From: Candidatus Levyibacteriota bacterium | Lineage (GTDB): Bacteria > Patescibacteriota > Microgenomatia > Levybacterales > UBA12049 | DNA: 64,000 nucleotides | Direction of reading: 5' to 3' | Assembly: GCA_016182235.1 (NCBI GenBank) | Contig: JACOXT010000003.1 | Location: 386,209-450,208, forward strand | In this document: positions 37,213-45,718 of the stretch, one piece after another | Layout of the letters: each line of letters starts with the position of its first letter | How positions within the stretch are numbered: position 1 is the first letter of the stretch | Made by a program: the position numbers and the translations under genes | The notes under the pieces: generated by a model | What the model was told of the DNA's origin: nothing | What the model saw: only the letters and a program-made list of their open reading frames with translations | The model's database searches: none

Positions 37213-38276
37213 CAGAAAGGTCCTCGAAATTTATTTTCATAACTATAAAAAGTTTCTTTTGACAAATCTGTTCTTGTTAATTTAAGTTTTTTTTCAACAG
37301 ATCTTATTAATTTGATTGCGTCAGTATAAAATTCATCTTCAAGCGGCCTTGTGCAGGGGCAGTGGGTGGGCGCAAAACCCAATCGCAGAACCTTAGATTT
37401 CAACTTGTTAGATAACTTTTCGTAAATTCTACTTTCTACTTCAGCTGAAAATCCGCAAAAAGTCCAATCATAATCTACAATAATACAATGTTTGGTTTTC
37501 TCAACAGATTTTATGATAATATCTTCATCTAGAGGAAAAATAGAACGGGGATCAATCACCTCAACACTTATACCTCTTTTTCCCAAAATTTGTGCAGCTT
37601 TTACCGCCTCAACTGTAGAATAAGAAGTAGCAACAATAGTAATATCTTTTCCTCTTTTGAGGATTTGTCCGATGCCAAGTGGCGTAGGTATGGGTTCAAT
37701 AGGTACTTCATCTTCAACGTCATAAAGCATCCGATGTTCTAAAACAACAACTGGATTATTATTTCTGATGGCCGCTATCAGTAACCCTTTAGCGTCAGCT
37801 GGAGTTGTTGGCATAACTACTTTTAGACCTGGAATATGAGCGAAAAATGATTGTAAGCTTTTACTATGCTGATATGATTGGCCCCAACCCTTTCCGATAA
37901 TAGCCCTTATGACCAGAGGAACTTGTATTTTTCCGTCGGTTCCGTAGTGATAACTTGCAACCATATTTACGAGTTGGTTAATTGCTAAAAGCAGAAAATC
38001 AACTCTCATGTGGACGTTTATAGGTCGTAAACCAGAAATTGCTGCTCCTAGACCGAAACCTAACAATGCTTCTTCAGAAAGAGGCGTTGAGAAAACACGT
38101 TTTGGACCAAATTTTTCAAGAAGGCCCTTTGTTGAACCAAATATTCTTTTGTGGTCCGCAACATCAATCCCATAGATAAAAATCGAATTATCCCGTTCCA
38201 TTTCTTGATGGAGAGCCTGATTAATTGCAGTTCGGTAAGAAATTTTTTTTTTAGCCTGTTTAATTTGTTTTTTCAT
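37212..38276 (-). CDS. 2-oxoacid dehydrogenase E1 component beta subunit-like (PDH/acetoin-DH E1-beta family)
   Basis: ISYRTAINQALHQEMERDNSIFIYGIDV, STPLSEEALLGFGLGAAISGLRP and PVVVLEH. Confidence 0.8.
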   Translation of the reverse strand: MKKQIKQAKKKISYRTAINQALHQEMERDNSIFIYGIDVADHKRIFGSTKGLLEKFGPKRVFSTPLSEEALLGFGLGAAISGLRPINVHMRVDFLLLAINQLVNMVASYHYGTDGKIQVPLVIRAIIGKGWGQSYQHSKSLQSFFAHIPGLKVVMPTTPADAKGLLIAAIRNNNPVVVLEHRMLYDVEDEVPIEPIPTPLGIGQILKRGKDITIVATSYSTVEAVKAAQILGKRGISVEVIDPRSIFPLDEDIIIKSVEKTKHCIIVDYDWTFCGFSAEVESRIYEKLSNKLKSKVLRLGFAPTHCPCTRPLEDEFYTDAIKLIRSVEKKLKLTRTDLSKETFYSYENKFRGPF

Positions 38277-39234
38277 AAAATGTGTTTTTCAGAAGCTCTG
38301 AAGAATCAGGAAATGATGCAGACTTTGCATTCTGAAAACTCTCAGTTACCTGTTTGCTAATACCCTCCTCAAGTTTTATAATTTCCATATCGCTCACCTT
38401 TAACTCTTTTAATTTGTTTCGGAGTAGCTTAATCGGATCTTTTTTTTGCCAATTCATAAACTCCAATTTGTCCCGATAGCCTGTATTAAAATCCTCGTGA
38501 ATGCCAACATGTTCTAAATAGCGATAATATTTTAGATGTAGAAAAGCTGGTTGATGTTTTTTTTGGATTGAAGATACAGCCCGTGAAGTTAGTTTATAAA
38601 TTTGCTCTGCGTCAGTAGTGTCAGTTTCAAAAACAGAACAATTATACTGTTTAATTATATTGACTAAGTTTTTGTAGCCACGTCGGACTTGCCAAGGCGT
38701 ATGTACTGCATACCTATTATCTTCACAAACAAAAAGTACAGGGAGCCCTTTTAGACAAGCAATATTTAGACTTTCCCAAAAAACACCTTCATCAACTGCT
38801 CCATCGCCAAAGAATACAGCCGTTATGTCTTTTTTTTTAAGGTATACGTTGGCAAACGCGTTACCAACTGCCAAGGGTATTGTGCTCCCAACGACCGCAG
38901 AGATCCCAAGGAGTCCATGAGCTGGTGATAAAAGATGCATTGAACCTCCTTTTCCTTTTAAAACACCTGTAACTTTTCCGTACATTTCGGCAAAAAATTT
39001 ATCCGACTCTTGTGTAATCGCAAGATACAAACCATGACTTCTATAAGTCCCAAAGGTTCTTGAATTCTTAGGAAGCGCAGTGCAAACACCGGAGACTATT
39101 CCTTCCTCTCCCATAGACATGTGCATTGGTGTTTTCATTTCGTTATTGTCATAGTGTTTAATAATTAACTTCTCAGTAGCTCTTATCAAGTAAGCTTTTT
39201 TAAAAAGGTTTAAAATCAATTTTTTTCTATTCAT
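38260..39234 (-). CDS. 2-oxoacid dehydrogenase E1 component alpha subunit-like (ThDP-binding)
   Basis: MHMSMGEEGIVSG, YRSHG, GKGGSMH, and the ThDP motif FFGDGAVDEGVFWESLNIACLKGLPVLFVCEDN. Confidence 0.8.
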   Translation of the reverse strand: MNRKKLILNLFKKAYLIRATEKLIIKHYDNNEMKTPMHMSMGEEGIVSGVCTALPKNSRTFGTYRSHGLYLAITQESDKFFAEMYGKVTGVLKGKGGSMHLLSPAHGLLGISAVVGSTIPLAVGNAFANVYLKKKDITAVFFGDGAVDEGVFWESLNIACLKGLPVLFVCEDNRYAVHTPWQVRRGYKNLVNIIKQYNCSVFETDTTDAEQIYKLTSRAVSSIQKKHQPAFLHLKYYRYLEHVGIHEDFNTGYRDKLEFMNWQKKDPIKLLRNKLKELKVSDMEIIKLEEGISKQVTESFQNAKSASFPDSSELLKNTFYEKTN

Positions 39235-40216
39235 AACTTTTCTTATAATAATCTCTCCAGTAATTCAGCATATCTTTTAAAGTTTGGTCAAATTTTATTT
39301 TTGGCTTCCAGCCGGTTTGTTGAACAAATTTCTCAACTGAGGGTATCTGTAGTGTAACATCAGATGGGCGTAAGCGTTTGGGATCTACCATTACTTTTAT
39401 ATCGTTTTTTTTGGAAAAGCTGATAAGTTTATTGAGCATTTCGCCAATAGTCATCGTTTCTACGCCTCCTATATTGTAAACTTCTCCCGGCGTGCATTTA
39501 CTAACAAGCAGCCAATAAGCTCTTACGGCATCCCTCACATCCATAAAAGTTCGGACACTTTTTAAATTTCCTACCATTACAATAGGTTTTTGGTGACCAG
39601 CTTCTATTGCAGCAATCTGTTTCGCAAAATTAGAAGGAGCGAAAACTTCTCCGCGTCTTGGGCCTTCATGAGTAAACATCCTTGTTCTAATTGTTTTTAT
39701 TTCCCAAGATAAAAAGTATTGAAGAGCTAACATATCTTCTCCAACTTTAGAGACAGCGTAAGGCGAGGCTGGTCTGAAAGAATTTGTTTCTTTAATCGGG
39801 ATTTCATTCTTTTTGACCTGTCCATAAACTTCAGAGGAACTACAAATATGAATAATAGGATTATATTTTGTTTTTAATTTAAGAGTTTTAATGCACTCAA
39901 GTAAATTGGCAGTTCCGATTACATTTGTCTGAAGAGTAGATATTGGGGATACAAAACTAAAATCAACATAAGATTGCGCGGCAAGGTGAAAAATCACATC
40001 AGGTTTTACTTCTTTGAGAATTTTTTCTAAAGAGCCATAATCTTCTAAATCTCCATAACAAAAATTAATATGACCTTGAATTTTAGAAATATTATTTTTA
40101 GGTGATCTCCACCTAACAAGTCCATAAATTTTTATACTTTTATTAACTTTAAGAATATATTCCGCAAGATGGCTTCCAACAAAGCCAGTAATACCAGTAA
40201 TTAGAGCTTTCTCCAT
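39227..40216 (-). CDS. GDP-mannose (or GDP-heptose) 4,6-dehydratase-family SDR
   Basis: ITGITGFVGSHL, CSSSEVYG (Ser-x-Glu dehydratase signature), SPYAVSKVGED (YxxxK), FTHEGPRRGEVF and GNLKSVRTFMDVRD. Confidence 0.75.
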   Translation of the reverse strand: MEKALITGITGFVGSHLAEYILKVNKSIKIYGLVRWRSPKNNISKIQGHINFCYGDLEDYGSLEKILKEVKPDVIFHLAAQSYVDFSFVSPISTLQTNVIGTANLLECIKTLKLKTKYNPIIHICSSSEVYGQVKKNEIPIKETNSFRPASPYAVSKVGEDMLALQYFLSWEIKTIRTRMFTHEGPRRGEVFAPSNFAKQIAAIEAGHQKPIVMVGNLKSVRTFMDVRDAVRAYWLLVSKCTPGEVYNIGGVETMTIGEMLNKLISFSKKNDIKVMVDPKRLRPSDVTLQIPSVEKFVQQTGWKPKIKFDQTLKDMLNYWRDYYKKSYE

Positions 40217-40225
40217 TATTCAGAG

Positions 40226-40234
40226 ATTATATCA
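40226..40234 (-). promoter_or_regulatory. Extended -10 promoter TGATATAAT for the 13-gene dehydratase-to-nucleotidyltransferase operon
   Basis: The minus strand reads TGATATAAT. Predicted +1 at 40219, 3 nt before ATG 40216. Confidence 0.4.
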
Positions 40235-40291
40235 AACAAAGACTCCTATAGTCTAGGACCTAAGATATATAGTTGAGTATGCAGATTTTAA

Positions 40292-40903
40292 CTATTCAAC
40301 TTCATTGTTTAAAATTTTTTTTACTACTTTTGCAGGATTGCCAGCCACAATAGCATTTGGAGGCACATTGTGGGTAACTACAGCTCTAGCACCAACAATA
40401 GCACCGTCTCCAATTATTACTCCTTTTAAGATTAAGGAGTCTCTTCCGATCCATACATTGTTTCCAATTTTTATGGGTTTACTAATATTATTTATTCCTG
40501 TGGAATAGAAATTATTATGGAAGATGTTATTATCGAAAAAATTGACTAAATCTTTTCTTCTGTCTTTTGCTTTTATAGAATGAGTATTGTTGTCTGTAAT
40601 CCTGACATTGGAAGAAATCATCACATAGTCGCCTATTTCGATGCTATCAATGATATCAATTACAGTTCCTAGGCCTATAAAAACATATGATCCAATTTTT
40701 ATTTTGCCAGCTTTATGAATAATAATTTTTCCGCTAAGTAAAACTTTTTTGCCAAAAAAAACTTGTGTTTTATTGAAGTTTCCCCGAATTCCTGCATACG
40801 GACTAATAAGCACCTTATGTTTTGATGAAAATTTACCTTTATAATAAAGCCAATTTATTTCGCGGAAAAACTTTATCAAAAATCTGCGTACTAAAAAAAA
40901 CAT
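40292..40903 (-). CDS. Left-handed beta-helix (hexapeptide-repeat) O-acetyltransferase
   Basis: NVWIGRDSLILKGVIIGDGAIVGARAVVTHNVPPNAIVAGNPAKVV. Confidence 0.8.
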   Translation of the reverse strand: MFFLVRRFLIKFFREINWLYYKGKFSSKHKVLISPYAGIRGNFNKTQVFFGKKVLLSGKIIIHKAGKIKIGSYVFIGLGTVIDIIDSIEIGDYVMISSNVRITDNNTHSIKAKDRRKDLVNFFDNNIFHNNFYSTGINNISKPIKIGNNVWIGRDSLILKGVIIGDGAIVGARAVVTHNVPPNAIVAGNPAKVVKKILNNEVE

Positions 40904-40930
40904 TTTATTATTTAATTATTAGATTTTGAT

Positions 40931-41974
40931 TTACTTTTTAAATTCCAAAATCTTTTCTAAGAAAAAATTAGAAAATCCGTCTTCAAACCATGGTTCAATG
41001 AGTTTTTTATCCATCATAAATTTTTCAATATTTTTAATGTAATTATCATATTTTTTTTCATTTACAGAATCAAGAAAAAGGAGCAATTTTTTGAAATCCC
41101 TAAAATCTCTAAAATCTATAAAACAGTTTTTAGGTATATATTTTTCTATATCTGTTGCGCCCCAATATACAGGTATGCATCGAGCCTTAAAACAATCAAA
41201 AATTTTTTCTGTTATGAATCCTTTTACATTTGTAAGATTCTCAAAACACAAGCAATATTTAAAGCCAGACAGTAATTTAATCTTGTTATCGATCTCTCCC
41301 TTATACGTACTATATTTTTTAGAGCTGAAAAGAAACTCTTTTAGATTATGCTTTTTTGTTTTATTCCAGCCTCTCCCATATAAAAAAAATTTGTCAGGAA
41401 TTGTTTTTTGAAAAAAATCAACCGCTCTAATTCTTTCTGAATACAATTCACGGCCAAATGGACTAAATAATTTAAATGGATAAAAAAAAGATTTATTTGA
41501 GTTAACCATAATTAAAAATTTCTTATTTTGGAATTTCAAAGCTTTGGTCTTAATTCCTGTGCTTGCCTTAGGCAATCTAAATTTGACGTATTTATTGTTT
41601 TTTACCAATTGGTCATTCCATGTATATATCTTTGTAAAAAAACCATGAAATATTTTCATATAATTGAAAGGATTTACTGTTGGCGGTTCAGTAGCTATAA
41701 GTATATTTTTTTTCCTATCGAAAAAAATCCTTTTCCAAATATGAAAATTTGAAGGAGTAGGATAAGGCATGTCCCAGTGAATATTTATATATGAAGGCTT
41801 TGGACAGACAATATCATATGTATTTAAGTTTATATTGTTTTGTTTTAAAAGTAATTTCAATTTTACAAAAATAGGCACTTCAGTCATTTTATTGTTTTGA
41901 ATATCAAACATAGAATTCTTAAGAGATGATTTAACATTGTTGTGAAAAATACTTACAAATAATTCCTGATTCAT
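40931..41974 (-). CDS. Glycosyltransferase family 10 (alpha-1,3/4-fucosyltransferase-like)
   Basis: YCLCFENLTNVKGFITEKIFDCFKARCIPVYWGATDIEKYIPKNCFIDFRDF matches the GT10 motifs (FENS..GYVTEK...IPIYWG...F....F). Confidence 0.8.
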   Translation of the reverse strand: MNQELFVSIFHNNVKSSLKNSMFDIQNNKMTEVPIFVKLKLLLKQNNINLNTYDIVCPKPSYINIHWDMPYPTPSNFHIWKRIFFDRKKNILIATEPPTVNPFNYMKIFHGFFTKIYTWNDQLVKNNKYVKFRLPKASTGIKTKALKFQNKKFLIMVNSNKSFFYPFKLFSPFGRELYSERIRAVDFFQKTIPDKFFLYGRGWNKTKKHNLKEFLFSSKKYSTYKGEIDNKIKLLSGFKYCLCFENLTNVKGFITEKIFDCFKARCIPVYWGATDIEKYIPKNCFIDFRDFRDFKKLLLFLDSVNEKKYDNYIKNIEKFMMDKKLIEPWFEDGFSNFFLEKILEFKK

Positions 41975-41998
41975 AGTAATTTGGTAGATTGTTATAGA

Positions 41999-42007
41999 AT
42001 TATATCA
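41999..42007 (-). promoter_or_regulatory. Extended -10 promoter TGATATAAT for the GT10/acetyltransferase operon
   Basis: The minus strand reads TGATATAAT. Predicted +1 is near 41992, giving an 18-nt leader before ATG 41974 with no Shine-Dalgarno sequence. Confidence 0.35.
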
Positions 42008-42030
42008 CGAGGTATAGCTACAAAATTACT

Positions 42031-42059
42031 TTGACAGCAGAATTGAATTCGGGTATCAT
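42031..42059 (+). promoter_or_regulatory. Sigma70-type promoter TTGACA-17-TATCAT; +1 coincides with GTG 42066 (leaderless)
   Basis: TTGACA at 42031-42036, a 17-nt spacer, and TATCAT at 42054-42059. Confidence 0.45.
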
Positions 42060-42065
42060 GTTGAG

Positions 42066-43034
42066 GTGAAAAACATATTAATAACAGGCGGCGCAGGATT
42101 TATTGGAAGCAGTCTTATTGGTTCATTAATAGAAAATCCAGATATCAACATTACATGCCTGGATAATTTTGATAATTTTTATGACCCAAGAATTAAAAAG
42201 AATAATATTAAGACTTATCTGAAAAAAAACAACTTCATATTAATTAAAGGCGATATTTGTAATTTAAGACCAGTTAAAAGAAAGTTCTCCAAACGTTATG
42301 ATGCAATCATTCATCTGGCTGCAAAAGTAGGAGTAATTCCAAGCATTAAAGATCCTGTAGGGTATACGGAAGTAAATATAGGCGGAACTCAAAACTTATT
42401 GGAATTTGCAAAAGAGATAAGATGTAAAAAATTTATCTTTGCTTCTTCAAGCAGTATTTATGGAGTAAATTCTAACTTTCCATGGAGAGAATATGATCGA
42501 AATATTTTACCAATTAGTCCATATGCTGCAACTAAAATTTCAGGCGAGTTGCTTGGTCATGTTTATTCCCATTTATATAATTTTCAATTTGTTGCTTTGC
42601 GATTTTTTACCGCTTATGGTCCTAGACAAAGACCTGATCTTGCCATACATAAATTTACAAAATTAATTTTGGAAGGCAAACCAGTTACGCTGTATGGAGA
42701 CGGAAAGACAAAAAGAGATTATACATATATTGATGACATTATTTCAGGAATTAGCTCTGCTCTAAAATACGATAATTCTAAGTTTGAAATTATTAATATT
42801 GGTAATAATCAACCTGTTGAACTTAACGAAATTATTTTCTTACTTGAGAAAGCTTTAAGAAAGAAAGCTGCTATAAGAGGATTGCCAGAGCAGCCAGGTG
42901 ATGTCCCATTGACATTTGCAGATATAAGAAAAGCCAAAAAATTATTAGGTTACGAGCCTAACACTAATTTGTCAACCGGTTTGCAAAAGTTTGTAAGTTG
43001 GTTTAGACAACAGAATGAAGAAAACAAACAATAG
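42066..43034 (+). CDS. Extended SDR, UDP-glucuronate/UDP-glucose 4-epimerase (GalE/Cap1J-like)
   Basis: ITGGAGFIGSSL, DNFDNFYDP, ASSSSIYG, SPYAATKISGE, RFFTAYGPRQRPDLAIHKF and YGDGKTKRDYTYIDD. Confidence 0.75.
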   Translation: MKNILITGGAGFIGSSLIGSLIENPDINITCLDNFDNFYDPRIKKNNIKTYLKKNNFILIKGDICNLRPVKRKFSKRYDAIIHLAAKVGVIPSIKDPVGYTEVNIGGTQNLLEFAKEIRCKKFIFASSSSIYGVNSNFPWREYDRNILPISPYAATKISGELLGHVYSHLYNFQFVALRFFTAYGPRQRPDLAIHKFTKLILEGKPVTLYGDGKTKRDYTYIDDIISGISSALKYDNSKFEIINIGNNQPVELNEIIFLLEKALRKKAAIRGLPEQPGDVPLTFADIRKAKKLLGYEPNTNLSTGLQKFVSWFRQQNEENKQ

Positions 43035-43848
43035 TCCTTTAGTTTCCGTAATAATGCCGGTATATAATGCTGAAAAATATGTTAGGGAAGCAATAGAAAG
43101 CATTCTAAGCCAAACATATAAAAAATTTGAATTTATCATTATAGATGATGCAAGCACTGACTCAACTCTTAATATTCTTAAATCTATAAGAGCGAAAGAC
43201 AAAAGAATTATTCTGATGCGAAACATTAAGAACTTGGGGGTTACTAAAAGCTTAAATAAAGCTCTTAAGGAAGCTCACGGGAAATATATCATACGTATGG
43301 ATGCAGACGATTGGTCCTACCCAGAACGTTTTGCGCTACAAGTGGAGTTTATGAAAAATCATGCAGATGTTGTAGTTAGCGGTTCATACGTAGAAGTTTG
43401 TGATTCAAAGTTAAAACCGAAATACATAAGGAAATATCATCATGAGGATGCAAACATCAGAAGGCATATATTTCGTTATAGTCCCTTCGCTCACCCTGCA
43501 ACAATTTGGGTAGGAGAAATTTTAAAAAGAGAGCAGTATGATGAGAGAATTAGAATTTGTCAAGACTATGAACTTTATTTTCGAGTCGGGAAGATTGGGA
43601 AATTTATGAATCTTCCTAAATCACTTTTGAAATTACGCATGCATGATACATCAATCACTTCTACTATGAGTGATTTTCAGTTAAAAAATACAGTTTTGAT
43701 TCGGCTTAGTGCGGTGTTGCTTCTTGGATATAGTATGACAAGGGTTGATAAGTTTTATAATTTCATCCAAGAGATATTTATTAGCTTGATTCCAGTAAAG
43801 TTTAGGTTATATTTATTTAATTTACTGAGAAGATTCGACTTCTATTAA
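43015..43848 (+). CDS. Glycosyltransferase family 2
   Basis: VSVIMPVYNAEKYVREAIESILSQTY, IIIDDASTDST and RMDADD. Confidence 0.8.
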   Translation: MKKTNNSPLVSVIMPVYNAEKYVREAIESILSQTYKKFEFIIIDDASTDSTLNILKSIRAKDKRIILMRNIKNLGVTKSLNKALKEAHGKYIIRMDADDWSYPERFALQVEFMKNHADVVVSGSYVEVCDSKLKPKYIRKYHHEDANIRRHIFRYSPFAHPATIWVGEILKREQYDERIRICQDYELYFRVGKIGKFMNLPKSLLKLRMHDTSITSTMSDFQLKNTVLIRLSAVLLLGYSMTRVDKFYNFIQEIFISLIPVKFRLYLFNLLRRFDFY

Positions 43849-43849
43849 T

Positions 43850-45718
43850 ATGTGTGGGATAGTAGGCTATGGGGGTTTTAGTAAAAAAGCTCTTCTTGAT
43901 AAAGCAATTAGAAAAATTCATCATCGTGGGCCAGACGATAATGGAGTTATCTACTTCAATGGAATAGCATTAGGAAATACGCGTCTTGCTATACTTGATA
44001 TTTCAGAAAAAGGCCGACAGCCAATGTTTAATAAGGATAGATCTCTTTGTATCACCTTTAATGGAGAAATTTATAATTTCAAGGAAGTTAAAAAAAATCT
44101 TTCGAAAAAATATGAGTTTAGGTCAAATTCAGATACGGAAGTTATATTATATGCATATCAAGAATGGGGGGTAAGATGTTTAGAAAAATTAAGCGGCATG
44201 TTTGCCTTTGTTATTTATGACATTAAGAAGAACCTTTTGTTTGGAGCAAGAGATAGATTAGGACAAAAGCCTTTAAAATATTACTTTAATAATGGAAAAT
44301 TTATTTTTGCATCAGAAATTAAGGCAATCCTTCCTCTTTTAGATGAAACACCAGTGCTTGACGAAGTAGCAATCGATGATTTTTTGACGTTACAATATGT
44401 TCCAACGCCTAAGACCGGTTTTAGCAAAATCTATAAATTGCCCGCTGCTTGTTATTTTATTTATAAAGATAAAAAACTTTCTATAAAAAAATACTGGTCG
44501 TTGAATTTTTCCAAAAAACTTATATTATCGGAGAATGAGTGGCATGAGCTAGTTTATTCTGATATTGAAAGATCAGTTAAATCTCATTTAGTTTCTGATG
44601 TTCCGGTCGGAGCATTACTTAGCGGTGGTCTTGACTCAAGCATTATTGTTGCGTTGATGTCTTTGAGTTCCTCAAGGAGAATAAATACCTTTAATATAGG
44701 TTTTGACGATGAGCAGTTTGATGAAACACGATTTGCCACGATGGTATCGGAAATGTATGGAACGAATCATACGCGATTCAATGTTACGTCTCGCCAGCTT
44801 TTAGAAAATATTGAAAATCTTACCCAAGTTTATGATGAGCCAATTGGCGATAATTCAATTTTGCCAACACTATTGCTTTCAAAATTGACAAGTAAAAAAG
44901 TAAAAGTTGCATTAACAGGGGATGGTGGAGATGAAAATTTTGCTGGATATGATAGGTATACATTCGTAATCTTATCCAGCTTTCTATCCTACTTTCCATC
45001 TATTGCCAAAAGAATTCTTAACTTAACTTCTAAATCTATTTATTGTTTATATAAAACAAAATTAACAGAAAGAATGAATAAATTTTTATCAACTTTAGAT
45101 CAGGAGTTTTATAAAAAGTACGTTAATTACAATTGTTTTTTTACCACTGAAACAAAACAGAATCTTTATTCAGAAAATTATAAAAATTTAATTGGAGATC
45201 ATGATTCTTACCAACAATATTACCCTTTTTATGATAAAAACTTGAGCGATTTAGATAATGCATTGAAAATAGACGTCAATACTTATTTAGCAAATGATTT
45301 ATTGTATAAAAGTGATTCTGCGTCAATGGCATATGGCTTGGAGCTTCGTTCGCCATTTCTAGATTATAAATTAATGGAGAAAATATCTGAAATGCCTTCA
45401 GATCTAAAAATGAAATTTTTGAAAACAAAGAATATCTTAAAAAAAATAGCAGAGAAAAATAATCTTCTACCCAAAGAAATAATCTATAGAAATAAAAGAG
45501 GATTTAACATCCCGCAGAATAAATGGTTTAAAGGACCTCTAAAAAATTATTTAAAAAATACAATTCTATCTTCAGGCATGATAGATGTGATCTTTGACAA
45601 AGTAAAAATTGAGTCTTATATAAAAAAATACCATGAATCTAATTTGAATTACGATAACAATATTTTTGCTCTACTTATGTTGAGTTTATGGTATGACGAA
45701 TACATAATTAATCATTAA
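43850..45718 (+). CDS. Asparagine synthase (glutamine-hydrolysing)-family amidotransferase (AsnB/WbpS-like)
   Basis: N-terminal MCGIVGY (Ntn Cys2), NGEIYNF, and the PP-loop LLSGGLDSSIIVA. Confidence 0.85.
   Translation: MCGIVGYGGFSKKALLDKAIRKIHHRGPDDNGVIYFNGIALGNTRLAILDISEKGRQPMFNKDRSLCITFNGEIYNFKEVKKNLSKKYEFRSNSDTEVILYAYQEWGVRCLEKLSGMFAFVIYDIKKNLLFGARDRLGQKPLKYYFNNGKFIFASEIKAILPLLDETPVLDEVAIDDFLTLQYVPTPKTGFSKIYKLPAACYFIYKDKKLSIKKYWSLNFSKKLILSENEWHELVYSDIERSVKSHLVSDVPVGALLSGGLDSSIIVALMSLSSSRRINTFNIGFDDEQFDETRFATMVSEMYGTNHTRFNVTSRQLLENIENLTQVYDEPIGDNSILPTLLLSKLTSKKVKVALTGDGGDENFAGYDRYTFVILSSFLSYFPSIAKRILNLTSKSIYCLYKTKLTERMNKFLSTLDQEFYKKYVNYNCFFTTETKQNLYSENYKNLIGDHDSYQQYYPFYDKNLSDLDNALKIDVNTYLANDLLYKSDSASMAYGLELRSPFLDYKLMEKISEMPSDLKMKFLKTKNILKKIAEKNNLLPKEIIYRNKRGFNIPQNKWFKGPLKNYLKNTILSSGMIDVIFDKVKIESYIKKYHESNLNYDNNIFALLMLSLWYDEYIINH

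Noticed and set aside
40241-40253. Small palindrome GACT-ATAGG-AGTC, with the neighbouring TAGGTCCTA, considered as a terminator or operator downstream of the acetyltransferase gene.
   Set aside because: The stem is only 4 bp with a 5-nt loop, too weak to call. It may be coincidental in a 75-nt promoter-containing gap.
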